Positions 19,101-29,700 of a stretch of DNA of 64,000 bases are shown one piece after another. Positions within the stretch are counted from its first letter, which is position 1, and every line of letters begins with the position of its first letter. A program made the translations under genes and the position numbers. Under the pieces are notes generated by a model. It ran no database searches, was not told where the DNA came from, and was given only the letters and a program-made list of their open reading frames with translations. The stretch comes from an uncultured virus (IMG/VR IMGVR_UViG_3300030095_006218) (taxonomy: Duplodnaviria; Heunggongvirae; Uroviricota; Caudoviricetes), in IMG/VR virus record IMGVR_UViG_3300030095_006218. The stretch is one strand, 5' to 3'.

Positions 19101-19318
19101 GTCGGGGCTATCTCTGCTAAATTGCGAAAAAAGTCAGAACACATTTCTACAAACTCTGGCGAGATTTGAGTCTTTGTATGTGCAATATCCCCGCAGTGAA
19201 TGATGTAGTCAACATCCTGCTCTCGCAACTCCTTGTATAACTGCTCAAAGACAACTTTATACTCATAGTGATATTTTAAATTTTTGATATGCGTATCGGC
19301 TATATGCGCGAATTTCAT
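16160..19318 (-). CDS. Fused Mre11/SbcD nuclease and Rad50/SbcC ATPase (gp47-gp46-like)
   Basis: Phosphoesterase motifs ADTH, CGD, GNHD, GDIH. Walker A GKNFSGKSS, coiled coil with CSYC zinc hook, signature ASGAE, Walker B ILDEP and ISH. Confidence 0.92.
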   Translation of the reverse strand: MKFAHIADTHIKNLKYHYEYKVVFEQLYKELREQDVDYIIHCGDIAHTKTQISPEFVEMCSDFFRNLAEIAPTYIILGNHDGNLKNSSRQDALSPIADALNLPDLHLLKDSGETHLDDKFCLNVLSVFDRENWITPTEPDKINIALYHGSISRCKTDMNWTMTNGEDEISIFKDFDFAMLGDIHRCQVLDEHGRVRYAGSTIQQNHGETNDKGLLLWDIADKDDFVCEHVAFENPKPFVTIELTPRGKMPYKVQVAEGARLRLVSNNNLPLDVMKHAVDVAKRRFKPESISFLNRAAGERGNVEDITNNLKTENLRDINIQEELISEYLKDYQVDNETLEKVHELNSNYNKIVEDNEEISRNVNWKLISFEFDNLFNYGEDNNVGFDELNGITGIFGKNFSGKSSIIDAVLWTIFNTTSKNERKNLNVINQNKEYASGKVEIKIGHRLYTIHRKAEKYVKRLKGEETLEAKTDLNFEVYDQSTDETRSLNGLTRNHTDANIRKHFGSIDDFSVSSLASQHGALSFIDEGSTRRKEIIAKFLDLEIFDKKFKMAKDSCTDLKGALKRLENRDYEEEISTAEAAYYDANDNLIEHEQTCELLKDAYKKLSETCEDVKAKIDSIPAEIIDVVDVKTQIKNSTSRQAKLIEENIKLQTTRKESEDMYSKINQFLETFDVEELEQKQTLIKNIEEQITTTETQKSAEIIELERYKKKEKLLSGHEYDPDCSYCCENKFVKDAQAAKKQIPASQNRVDKYSETVAALTQELESHTPGLIEKHIDKYHRVVEKKTNVAATIADLNLEIEKNKLSKERLYHSIKALNTKLDEYNENKEAIENLEQLVTQLNKCQHKLQQTESRIDKCNNETLELYKEVGSLEQKVTTTKEQKKEYEDLQREYAAYDLLMQCMHANGIAYDVIKKKIPVINEEIAKVLANIVDFEVFFETNGNKFDIFIKHPKHTERPIEMASGAEKTMAAMAIRLSLLSVSSLPKSDIFILDEPGTALDEENMEGFTRILELIKVYFKNVLLISHLDSLKDCVDMQIVIEKRKGYAHVSQ

Positions 19319-19326
19319 GTTAACTC

Positions 19327-20268
19327 CTAAATTGCATTCAACGCGGAAGTTAGAATATAATCTTCTAACCCCACAGCAGTTGAATTTTCTTTTCTATTTT
19401 TAAAAACTTCTCGCGGCATTGCTCCAACATCTTCGTAACCGCTGGTGTCTATTTTGTATGTTTCTATACCATACTTTAGTAATAGACTTAAAATCTTATT
19501 CTCCTTTTCTCTAGCATCGGCATCAAGAGCCACAAACACCGGTGTGTCGTGTTTAACTATTTCTTGTAATAGTCGAGATTTTTCTCTCAGGGTTGAACCC
19601 AAGATGGGCACAGCGTTTCCGGCAACAATAGCATCGAAAGCGCCCTCTACTAAAATTAAATCGTTATCCCAATCAACATACAGTTCATTAAAAACAATAT
19701 CATTGCTTTTCGATGGATTCAAATATCGTCTCCAGTTTTCACTGTAAGTTCTGGCAATAAAGTAATTTACGCGGCCTTCCAAATTGAAGCTGGGTATAAT
19801 AATCCGGCCTGAGTATGGCCCAAGCGTACAATAACCAATTTTCCATTTAAGTATATCATCGCGAGTGATGCCGCGAGAGTGTAGATATTTTAATGCTGGG
19901 ATTGCAGATTTAGGGGCTGATTTTCCAGTTAGAGAGATAAAGTCCTCTGGCAGTTTCATCACCTCTTCATATTCTTCTTCTTGCTTCTCGTCGAATAAAT
20001 TTAAAAAATTATCAAACTCAGATATGTTAACTTGGCCAGTAAGATCTTTCCATTGCTGCCTCTGGTTAAAGTTGCCAAACCTACGAATCAACCTATATAT
20101 ATTTCTACCGCGTGCATCACAAATCCAACATTTATATACGTTGCTATTTAAATTGATTGATAGCTTTCGTTTGTGATGATTGCAGTAGGGACAGTGAAAT
20201 AAATATTCACTATTAGACGAATGGCACGAACCCAATATTGTATTGAGGATTTGTAATTTTTCTTGCAT
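19327..20268 (-). CDS. DNA primase (zinc finger plus TOPRIM)
   Basis: CPYCNH...KCWIC zinc finger, YLHSRGI, GRIIIP, LVEGAFDA and ALDADA. Confidence 0.9.
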   Translation of the reverse strand: MQEKLQILNTILGSCHSSNSEYLFHCPYCNHHKRKLSINLNSNVYKCWICDARGRNIYRLIRRFGNFNQRQQWKDLTGQVNISEFDNFLNLFDEKQEEEYEEVMKLPEDFISLTGKSAPKSAIPALKYLHSRGITRDDILKWKIGYCTLGPYSGRIIIPSFNLEGRVNYFIARTYSENWRRYLNPSKSNDIVFNELYVDWDNDLILVEGAFDAIVAGNAVPILGSTLREKSRLLQEIVKHDTPVFVALDADAREKENKILSLLLKYGIETYKIDTSGYEDVGAMPREVFKNRKENSTAVGLEDYILTSALNAI

Positions 20269-20289
20269 ATAGACATTATAACTTGTTTG

Positions 20290-20817
20290 TCAAGACTTGT
20301 CAACTTCTTTTTGCATCATTGTGTGACCGGCACGTGCAACAATAAGCGAATCGGCTCTATCATACGACTCCGGCTTTGGATTACCAAATTTAGTCATTTC
20401 TATTTTGAACCCGGGTTCGGTAGATAGTAAATGCTGCAACACGACTTCTTTTGCTTTTTGACCGCGGGGTACCTTAATACCGTTTAATTTTCGAGCGGTT
20501 GTTGCAGCTACGTACTCTGGACGTATACTAAGTATATCATACAATAGGTATGATATTGTACCATTAAATTTAGCTAATGTCAAAATAGTTTTAGCAGAGG
20601 AAAATCCGGGTCGGAAGGCCTGAAGAGATTGCTCTATGTATATGTGTTCTATACCGTAGCTATGCAACTTTTGAATATGCTGCTTAGCCACGTCTACCTT
20701 GTCAAGAAACGTCTTATACTTCCTGAAATCCCATGAATCATTAAGCAGGATTTCACCTTTAGTATTGAGGATGGTTATACCGGTTATACTTGTTGATATG
20801 TCTAAGCCGCAGATCAT
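20290..20817 (-). CDS. RuvC-like Holliday junction resolvase
   Basis: RNase H-fold acidic motifs GLDISTSITG, IYIEQ and DRADS. Confidence 0.8.
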   Translation of the reverse strand: MICGLDISTSITGITILNTKGEILLNDSWDFRKYKTFLDKVDVAKQHIQKLHSYGIEHIYIEQSLQAFRPGFSSAKTILTLAKFNGTISYLLYDILSIRPEYVAATTARKLNGIKVPRGQKAKEVVLQHLLSTEPGFKIEMTKFGNPKPESYDRADSLIVARAGHTMMQKEVDKS

Positions 20818-20830
20818 ATACCTAATCTTA

Positions 20831-22021
20831 TCATATATCCAACTTTAGTTTAAAGGTATATTCATCTTCTTCGGTTTTCTTAACTGGTGTCGCTAGTGTA
20901 GCTACAGCAATCAGATTCTTTCTTTCGTCATATATACCAACCTTGCTAATAAATGTCTGTTTTCTGAAGCTTCCTGTAGGATCTGTATATGAACTAGAGA
21001 TTGTATTGTGTACTTCCATCGAACGTTCAGAATATTTATACGAAGCCGTCATGGGCCCAAGTACGCCGGCCAAGTTGCCTGTTACATAAGTTGGGTTGTT
21101 AGAGTGGTTTAAATGGCCTCTAGGGGCGTGTGCCATCATTGTGACCACCGGTGTATACGTTGTGCCGCTAAAATTCAACTCGTAGCTAGCTGACGCTAAT
21201 GTGCTGTTGTATGAATCGGTTCTTGTGTAACAATCATTGGCGCCGACAGCAAAGTGCACCCACGATGAAGTTGCATACTCACCCGGCCCTAGATACTCCT
21301 TGGGATCAACATCCAAGCCCCATGTGCCTGTCAGGGCAATGAACCCCTCCTTGTATAACACAACGCCGGCGCAAGATCCGCTTCCGGTTGACCCTTCCGG
21401 CGCAACTTGAACCAATTGTCCGTTCTGGCGCTCGTCTTTAAGGTGACCAATTAAAGTTCCTGTGATATAGAATTTTAAGTCGACCGTACCCTTTTTGATA
21501 GAAGAGCCATAAAATATTGATGGAATGCTCAACAAATTTAACTCTTGCGTAGATTTATCACCTAAAGTTCCTGACCATTCGTAATCTCTAGATAGCGTCA
21601 TATAGTGTCTAAAGGTGTTCTTGAGTGCGTGAATTCGCCGGCGATCTGAGTCGAGCGCAAAATAATCCCTATAGATGCTAGCTGACATGGGATAGCTGCC
21701 TGTAATTTTGTCGCCGTATCCATATTCTGTACTGAACGCTTTGCTGCCAACGGATTTAAACGCGGCGAAGGTGCCGTCTTTCGTCACATAGGGATATATG
21801 CGGCCGTCTTCAGGGCGATCGATATTCAGTTCGTGTAGGCTTATGTGACCAGTTGGCATGTGGCCGGCTGTAGATAACGGCGTGCCAGCGACATGCGAAC
21901 CACTTATAGCAGGTCTGTTGTTGTAATATATGTTACAATCATAAATAAAGAATTCACATTTAGGGTGAGCCTTTATCTGATTGTGGAATATATCATTTGG
22001 CTTGAATTTATAGTATGGCAT
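20831..22021 (-). CDS. Tail/baseplate structural protein
   Basis: 396 aa. C-terminus FISKVGIYDERKNLIAVATLATPVKK...FKLKLDI is paralogous to that of 22037..23260. Confidence 0.6.
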   Translation of the reverse strand: MPYYKFKPNDIFHNQIKAHPKCEFFIYDCNIYYNNRPAISGSHVAGTPLSTAGHMPTGHISLHELNIDRPEDGRIYPYVTKDGTFAAFKSVGSKAFSTEYGYGDKITGSYPMSASIYRDYFALDSDRRRIHALKNTFRHYMTLSRDYEWSGTLGDKSTQELNLLSIPSIFYGSSIKKGTVDLKFYITGTLIGHLKDERQNGQLVQVAPEGSTGSGSCAGVVLYKEGFIALTGTWGLDVDPKEYLGPGEYATSSWVHFAVGANDCYTRTDSYNSTLASASYELNFSGTTYTPVVTMMAHAPRGHLNHSNNPTYVTGNLAGVLGPMTASYKYSERSMEVHNTISSSYTDPTGSFRKQTFISKVGIYDERKNLIAVATLATPVKKTEEDEYTFKLKLDI

Positions 22022-22036
22022 TCGTTGTATCTCATA

Positions 22037-23260
22037 TTAATAATCCAACCTAACGCGAAGTGTAAATTCATTACTTGGAGTCTTCTTCAAAGGCTCGGAA
22101 AGTTTTGCGACTGCCATCAATTCATTATTGTCAGAGTATAGTCCAACAGTAGTAATATATGAAACTGGCTGATCGGAGGTATTGTTCTTGACCCTCATTC
22201 TGCTAGCCGACAAATACGTTGGGTTGGAGCTATAGTTAAAGTTGTTGTGATTAACACGACAGAAGTAAATTGTAGAATTAAGCTCGGTCGTGTTATTGAA
22301 AGTTATATCTTGGATCCTGTGTCTGATTGCATGCGCAGATGAAGATATTTCTGAGCCAGTCAACATTTGAGAAAACGTCTGTCCGTGGATCAACATCGTT
22401 GGCGCCGCTTCCAGAAGACCTGTGTGAGTACCAAGTCCACCGCCGATAGTGCCGCTATTTTCCGTAAACACTGAGCCGCTGATAACTGCGATGCCGGCTT
22501 GGTAGAAAATCAGACCGCAAGGAGCGCCGTGGAGAGAATTTGTGGTGCCGCGGTTGGCAATGGCGCTAACATCGGTGTCACACAAATCAGAAATCGTGGG
22601 GCCGAGAAGGGCGCCGTGGGCTGCAATATCTGTTTCATAAATTCTCAATATGCCATATTCTCCGGCAGGCGAATTAACACGGAAATCATTTTCTGCATTT
22701 CTATCCTCAATACTAACAGTTCGGCGCCAAACGTTGTCCGTATAGGTCACGGATCGTACGCCACCGTCATAGTGAAGCGGATTGCCGGCTTTATGGCTGC
22801 CGCTCACTCCCAAAACCATAGAAAACGAACCTTTCTTAATCTCATCTTTGACAAGCAGTCTAGAGAAGTTAACAAAAACTGCCTCGTTAATCTTTCTGCC
22901 GCCGGCTATAATGTTACCATCTTCATCAAAGGGTTGTATGGAACCGGTATGATCGTATCCCATAAGCACTTGAGCCATTTGGTTATAAAGGTTTCTCTTT
23001 TTAGAATTTTGCACATTTGTGGATGATGAAAGTTTTGACTCGTTAGAATAACCCACTGTAATATCTAAAATATGATTTGCGGATGAACTCAAATAGGGGT
23101 AATCATACACAGACTGAAACATGCCGTGTGAAAAATTCTTAATGTTGTTCTCGCTATATGTTCCCGAAACAATTGTGCCGGTCAGTGGAATAGCTTCGTG
23201 CAGCAGAGTTCTGCTGGAAACCATATCGTTTTTTCTAAAAGTCTTAAAAGTTGTTGCCAT
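22037..23260 (-). CDS. Tail/baseplate structural protein
   Basis: 407 aa. C-terminus YITTVGLYSDNNELMAVAKLSEPLKK...LRVRLDY; NYSSNPTY motif shared with the neighbour. Confidence 0.6.
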   Translation of the reverse strand: MATTFKTFRKNDMVSSRTLLHEAIPLTGTIVSGTYSENNIKNFSHGMFQSVYDYPYLSSSANHILDITVGYSNESKLSSSTNVQNSKKRNLYNQMAQVLMGYDHTGSIQPFDEDGNIIAGGRKINEAVFVNFSRLLVKDEIKKGSFSMVLGVSGSHKAGNPLHYDGGVRSVTYTDNVWRRTVSIEDRNAENDFRVNSPAGEYGILRIYETDIAAHGALLGPTISDLCDTDVSAIANRGTTNSLHGAPCGLIFYQAGIAVISGSVFTENSGTIGGGLGTHTGLLEAAPTMLIHGQTFSQMLTGSEISSSAHAIRHRIQDITFNNTTELNSTIYFCRVNHNNFNYSSNPTYLSASRMRVKNNTSDQPVSYITTVGLYSDNNELMAVAKLSEPLKKTPSNEFTLRVRLDY

Positions 23261-23276
23261 GTTTTACAATCCTATG

Positions 23277-24230
23277 TTATTGCTTCTTAATAAACCTAAC
23301 CGGTATATCTATTGAGTATCCTGTAGTTGCACACGTCACCCTTATAGTATCATCTATAAAAAGGCAAGTTGTTGTTGCCCCATCAACATCAGCTAAACTA
23401 ACAGTTGCTCCGCCACCTAGTTGATTAAACAAGTGTGTGCTAGTATTTAAATCGACAGAGGCGCGGACTTTAAAATTAAAGATTGTACCTCTGGGGCCAG
23501 AAATGACCTGTGACGTAGGATCAGTTTCGGTTACATCATTTTGTTTAACTAGATTTCGGTGTACACCTAATGAAAAGTAGTAGCTAGCGATATTGTCGTC
23601 GTCAATATATGAAACACTAGCACGACGATTTGTTGCTGGAACCACGATGGTACCAAAACGATTATCCATTTCCACAATGTATTGTGTCTCTACTAAGTCA
23701 GCATCTAATGTTTGCGCGGGAGAGATCTCTGTTGTGTCTAGGCCCTGATCAACTCTGATAATTGCACCATCTTGGGTATTTTCGCCATACATAATTCCGG
23801 CAACTGCAGTGCCCACATCGGTTGTACCAAGCGAACCTGATACTCCTATCTTATCTTCTGTGTCTTTATCAACAGCGACAAGGAAAACGCCAGATGAGTG
23901 ACGCGAGTGTTCTCCAGCGCCAGCAATTTCATTAATCTTTGCAACCGGTAGATACAAGAAGTTTGTTCTTGGAATAGATACCAGTTTACTCTTAAGGCCT
24001 GCAGCATTATCTGTGAAGGCTTCTAAAATAGGAGTTTGCATAATTTCCAAATCATAGTATGCGCTACCGCTAGCATGGTTACGATTGAATAACTCGTAGT
24101 TAATTTCATCGTCGCCTAAAGCAAATTTGGTAATTTTGAAGCAGCCATCACCCTTGGCCAATCTATGTCTTCCTGCGTCCGTGAGTACTGCGTCGAGAAT
24201 AATATCTCCCGAGTTATCTAAAAATGCCAT
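23277..24230 (-). CDS. Tail/baseplate structural protein
   Basis: 317 aa. N-terminus MAFLDNSGDIILDAVLTDAGR..LA.G...ITKFALGDDEINY; CTAATTA upstream. Confidence 0.6.
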   Translation of the reverse strand: MAFLDNSGDIILDAVLTDAGRHRLAKGDGCFKITKFALGDDEINYELFNRNHASGSAYYDLEIMQTPILEAFTDNAAGLKSKLVSIPRTNFLYLPVAKINEIAGAGEHSRHSSGVFLVAVDKDTEDKIGVSGSLGTTDVGTAVAGIMYGENTQDGAIIRVDQGLDTTEISPAQTLDADLVETQYIVEMDNRFGTIVVPATNRRASVSYIDDDNIASYYFSLGVHRNLVKQNDVTETDPTSQVISGPRGTIFNFKVRASVDLNTSTHLFNQLGGGATVSLADVDGATTTCLFIDDTIRVTCATTGYSIDIPVRFIKKQ

Positions 24231-24249
24231 ACATCTTTTCCTCTTTCTA

Positions 24250-24256
24250 TAATTAG
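24250..24256 (-). promoter_or_regulatory. Putative late promoter motif CTAATTA
   Basis: About 20 nt upstream of ATG 24230. Confidence 0.6.
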
Positions 24257-24294
24257 TGCTAAAAATTTAAATATACAAAACAATTTTGCCTACT

Positions 24295-26724
24295 CTATTC
24301 TACTTCGATTTCCGTTTTAATATGTTTTTTCAAAAATCTTAAATTTAAATCAATCTTTTTGCCAGTGTTTCTTGATGTGATTCGTACTTTAAATTTTCTA
24401 TCCCAAACAGAGCTATCTTTTGTTCCTAAGTAAATATTACCATTTGCAACTTTTGGACTAGATGCGCCAACTAAATTGCTTTTTTCTTCATTTACTATAA
24501 CGTGAGAAGCTTCCGGGGTTATTTGTAATAACTTTTTCATAGACTTATTCGGAGTTCTTCGACTTTCTAACTCTTCTTCAAAATCATATGCTCTGGTTAG
24601 TAAGTATGTCGAACCTCCATCATCAACCATTTCAACCTCTAAGACATCTGTGGGGTTGGAAAAATTTCCATGTACATCGACTGCTCTAAACGTATAATAA
24701 TATTTTATATTTGGTACCAAAAATTCTAAATGTGATGCGGAAGAAGTAAACTTTCTAAATCCATTTTGTCCAGTTGTGATTGTGCCGACGCCGCGCTGGG
24801 TTGAATTCGTGAAATCTGCGAAACTTGTTGGTTTTCTAATTGTACTATATATTCGAAATTCGCTTGGCGGCTCATCACTTTTATATTCTAAAGGCTCGTT
24901 AGGTAGAAGTTTCTGGGTTTTTCGGAGTTCTGCTATCCTGTCCATTTCATCCTGCCCAATCATAATAGGTCTTAACTGTTCTGAACCAACAGAGTTATTA
25001 AAGTTAATAAGAATCCTGTCGTTTACACCTCTGTATGGTACCATGCTAACATCTGGTGATAGTGGTGGTTTGTCATGCATGGTTGCACGATAAACAAAAA
25101 ATGGTATTTCTACAATCCTGACAGATGGTTTATGTATTACAGTTATATCAGCTAAGTATACTTCTTTATTGTCATCTTCAAATGAATCGATAACATCTCC
25201 CGTTTCCACCTCGACCATATCGATTTTACAGCCGCTCTGATATTCACTTATTGCTAAGTCCGTGTATTCATATTCTGTACCTATAACCATTTGATATGCA
25301 CTGATAACGTACGAGTACTGCCTTCCATATTTAAGTTGGGTGTCATACAGATCGATTATATCTGCTTCTGGAGTGTTGGCCATCCAATAAGTTTGTACCG
25401 GAATTCCTACAGGCTCTCTGTCATACTTTTCTATTTTATAAAGGACAGTCTCGGAATATGCGAATTTGCCCTCTATTATATCTTCAAAAGTTCGCAAATT
25501 TTGCCTAAGAATGCTTCTCATTTTTCCGGCAAGCATGATCGTTTGTAAAGTCCTTTGATACCTGAGTTGTGGGTTGCCTACCATTTTAGTATTATTCGTC
25601 TGTTTTCCTAAAAATAACAATGGGGTAGATGCCATTGTGGTCGACTCATTATAATCCTCAAGCCACTGCATCAAGTCAAACATTCTATAGCTTTTGTTAG
25701 TTGTCACAATAGTGCTTACTGGCTTCAGGCCTGACAGGGTTTGCTCATATGTTGTGAGAGGCTGAGTGTCGACCACCGACATATCCGACATTTGCATATT
25801 TATAATTTCATTTATAAATTCGCACCCCATACCAGAGACATTTAATAGATCTCCAAATTTAGATCTTTCATCGCTAGTAAAGAATATACGATTGTGCATC
25901 GGGAACAACTCTCTTTGTTTTCTAGTATCACTTAAAATATTGATGTTTTCTATTGGTACAATAATATTTTTAGACATTTCCGTTAGTTGGTTAATTCGAT
26001 CTGACATATTTTGGCGATACGTGCGTGTAAATAAATTAAAATAATTTGCCATCTCCCTGACACCATGGACTTCTGGGCGCATTGCCTTTGTTACAATGTT
26101 TGTTTTTGTTGGATCTATAGAGCCGTTTAAAGTAATCATATCATCAAACATATTTTTGATATTTCCATCTTCAGCTTCTTCTAATCTAGATTTAAAAACA
26201 TATAAGTTAGGTAATGCTTGTACTGGTGTTCGCGAATTTACAGAAGCTGCGCCCCTTTCGTATTCGTCTGCCAAAAAATTATAACTTGCCTCGACGTCCG
26301 CTATAGCAGGATTGGGAATTTGACCAGCATCTTGAACTTCTCTGGTTGTGTAGGGAGCATCATATCTCATAGGAAAATCATGGCGCGCGATGTCCGTAAC
26401 TATCATTGGTGAATAATCTTGTTCTTTGTATTTGCCGCCGTTTACTACGGATTTCCAATGTTTATTATTGTCAATCATGTTGGCATCGCCAACAATGCGA
26501 ATTCTTTCTGTATATTCGTAATAAGGCGTCTCCTGATCTAGCTCCGTTTCCATTGTAGTAATCTTTTTTACAATTGGCAAAGGATCGCTATCAAGTCTAT
26601 TTACGCGCATAGAACCATTATTAGATCTGCGCCACGCAGTAGCAGAATTAGTACGAAGCCGGTCTCGGGCAGTACCAACGACCTGCTCAACATTAATAAT
26701 TGTTCTTGCTTTTCCTGTAGCCAT
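24295..26724 (-). CDS. Large hypothetical virion protein with FN3-like segments
   Basis: 809 aa. 'LKYGRQYSYVISAY' and 'LVPNIKYYYTFRAVDVHGNFSNP' resemble FN3 strands. Confidence 0.6.
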   Translation of the reverse strand: MATGKARTIINVEQVVGTARDRLRTNSATAWRRSNNGSMRVNRLDSDPLPIVKKITTMETELDQETPYYEYTERIRIVGDANMIDNNKHWKSVVNGGKYKEQDYSPMIVTDIARHDFPMRYDAPYTTREVQDAGQIPNPAIADVEASYNFLADEYERGAASVNSRTPVQALPNLYVFKSRLEEAEDGNIKNMFDDMITLNGSIDPTKTNIVTKAMRPEVHGVREMANYFNLFTRTYRQNMSDRINQLTEMSKNIIVPIENINILSDTRKQRELFPMHNRIFFTSDERSKFGDLLNVSGMGCEFINEIINMQMSDMSVVDTQPLTTYEQTLSGLKPVSTIVTTNKSYRMFDLMQWLEDYNESTTMASTPLLFLGKQTNNTKMVGNPQLRYQRTLQTIMLAGKMRSILRQNLRTFEDIIEGKFAYSETVLYKIEKYDREPVGIPVQTYWMANTPEADIIDLYDTQLKYGRQYSYVISAYQMVIGTEYEYTDLAISEYQSGCKIDMVEVETGDVIDSFEDDNKEVYLADITVIHKPSVRIVEIPFFVYRATMHDKPPLSPDVSMVPYRGVNDRILINFNNSVGSEQLRPIMIGQDEMDRIAELRKTQKLLPNEPLEYKSDEPPSEFRIYSTIRKPTSFADFTNSTQRGVGTITTGQNGFRKFTSSASHLEFLVPNIKYYYTFRAVDVHGNFSNPTDVLEVEMVDDGGSTYLLTRAYDFEEELESRRTPNKSMKKLLQITPEASHVIVNEEKSNLVGASSPKVANGNIYLGTKDSSVWDRKFKVRITSRNTGKKIDLNLRFLKKHIKTEIEVE

Positions 26725-29700
26725 TAGTATCCCATTCCTCCGCCGCCGGATGAAGTACCGCCTCCGCCACCGCCGGAGCTTCCGCCGTCGCCATCGTCAC
26801 CCATGCCCGTGCTTGTTGTTGTGCCCGGTGGCATAGGTGCGCCTCCCGGCCGTGTATTGGTGTCTAACGCTCTAGCTTGACCAATTGCACTAACTTCACT
26901 AGCCATTGCGCTTGCAAGCGAAATATCTTCCTTTGTAGAACGAGTCAACTCGGGATCAATATGAGCAGAAGTGAGAGCCATCTTGGTTAAAATCTTCATT
27001 ACTTGTTTTCCATAATTTGTCATTGTTGGGTAATTTCCGGATGAAGTTCTAACGTATTTTCTAACAATACGCTCCATTTGTGTTCTTTCAATTCTCTGGT
27101 ACCCTTTCTTTGTGCGAACAAGAAACTTTTGAAAGTCGAATCTCGCGGGAATATTAACATCACGCCGGGTACCCCTCATGGCATTGAGAGTCTGGCCTGT
27201 CGATATTCTGTGTACGTGTGTTGGATTAGCCGTCTTCGTTGGCCCTCCAATCTTAACAGCCTTATCTGGGTATATAGCTTGGGGCATGACTTGAAAATTT
27301 CTTATTTCATGTACATGATCAATAGTTTCGTGTTCTTGAGAGTTAAACCATTTCATTGTCATAGATGTGTGACCGTTACCTTCAGAGTCAACGACATATC
27401 TGTGGCCGTGCTTTAGAGAAGCGCGGACTGCAGTTCCGGCAGTATTGCGCAAAGCTTTGTTATCGCTGACAGGCGTTACACCCTGAACGGTGCGAGATTG
27501 TACTTCTATATCGGTTGGAGTTATAAGAAAATATCTGTCGTAAATTAACATATCAGATTCTTCCTCTGGAAAATCTATTCCAAAGGTTGGGTTACTATAT
27601 TCTGTCATACGACACAAGATAGGCTGATCGGCCATATTGATAATGTCACCAGTTAGCGGAACCCATGCAGGACTTCTAATCAATGAAGAGTATGCACTAG
27701 CATCTTCCGCAAACCCAACAAAAGCTTCAACCTTTACAAGCATTTCATAGTTCCATTTAAACATTTCACCAGTAGCGTTACCAAAATATCCACCGTCAAA
27801 CCAGTTAATCCGCGTTGCGGACATCCGGCCTAAAATTAATGATTTAATTTGATTTGGCAACATCGTCAAGCGATGTTCGGTTATTCGACGTGTTAAAACT
27901 TTTTTACTTTTGATTTTTCTTGGCGAAGTCATAGATGTTTTTGTAACAAATTTAGATATTAATCTTTCTTGCGGTGATGCAGCACGATCAAAATTGTATA
28001 TAGAAGTTTCTATTCTGCGTCGTTTGGTTGATTTGCGCCTAAGTCTTTTCACGATAGCGTTATCCGGATCTTTTGGATCAAAAAGATTCATTCTTTCTTT
28101 AAGCTCTAGCTCTTCTTTGTTTCGGCGTCGACGATTTTTAAATCTATTGCCGCGCAACATAACCAATGATAGTCCCGAAAAATCGACTGGTTCTGTTTTT
28201 TGAATCTCTTTTATGTTGTCTTCTTTTCTAAGATGAAATCTTGGGAATTGAAGTTGTCTCAAAGTTTTTGTACCAAAAACCTCACTGCTGGGAACAAGAG
28301 AGACGTCATCTGGCTCATCATATTGAAATAAAGGCTGGTTACGTAAGCGCAACGATTTAACCGATTTTTGTATTGTAATTCCACTGGCTGCTAAAACATG
28401 CATCATTCCAAAATTCATTTCTTGTTTTATAACTGGCATGTTCATAGCGCGCTTGGGCCTAATAGGCATCATGGGAGATAAATTTCTACCAAATATTGAT
28501 GCGTGACGGGCCGAAGCCATAGCAACAGATAAACTATTATATCGTCTAGGATTAAACAATTCGTCTCCTTGATCTAACATCGGCAAGGTTCTATTCCAAA
28601 ATTTAATTCGTGCCGGAGCAAGATAAGTAAATTCGGTTGCTTCCAAGTTGCCAAGGGCATATTTTTCGCGTGGCGTTAGGGAGGTGTCTTTAATATGTTG
28701 ATTTATTTTTAAAATGCGTTCACTGGTACGCTGTCGAACAGCCTGTAAATCTGGGTTTTTTCGAAAATCTTTCCACGTTTTCATTCTAAAATCAGTAATT
28801 AATTTTAACCGCAGAGGCGCCGGTGCGAAAGGGGGTGGTGGTGGTGGCGCAACAACGCCGGCTGGGCCCGGAGGCATTGGCGGGAGATCTAATGACCCCA
28901 TGGGAAATATTTGACGAAGACGCTTTGCTCGATTCGCGCGTTTCGCAAACTTTGCTTTTGCAATGGTGTCAGCATTATCTTTTGCTCTTTGCACGGCTTT
29001 GACGACGGCAAGACGACTATTACGCAACGGTCGATAACCCAACGTGCTAACGTCCATCATTTCCATATAGCGGGAATAATATTTTCTTCTCTCTTGTATG
29101 CATCTGTTACGGAATTCTCTGTCTGTGACTTCCTTTACACCTTCTACCATATCGGATGCAATTCCCAAATAATCATATCCGGCGTCGGGTATCTGTCCAC
29201 TATCAAATAAACGCCTAAAGTTGTGCTTAACAAAGATAGAATTTTTTCTACCTGCGCGACTTGACGATGAGCGAGGTGGCCCGGGTGCACGATTACGACG
29301 TGCTCTTCCCGAAGAATCAATTTGAGTACGAAGTTTTTCTTCAGCCTCGGCAATTACTTCCAATACTTTTAAAATAGAATCAGGGGTAGCCGATTTAGGG
29401 TTGGCATAAACATACAATTGTTCGGCTTTTTCGTAGCCCTCTTCATCATTGAGGTTTGTTATAAAATTAACAACATCCATATAAACAGAAATTGCTGTAA
29501 TCCATGGTGCATCTACAATACTATTTTCCAAACGATCCTCTGAATAAAGCATTTCTCTAGAATCTATTTTGGGATATCTTCTATCCAAGTAATCAATAAA
29601 TCGCGGGGTAAACTTGCCGGTTTGTGAATTAATATTACAAGACAGGCATGCTTCTCCATAATATGCATTAAATTCGTCTTTAGCCTTTGTCAATTCTTTC

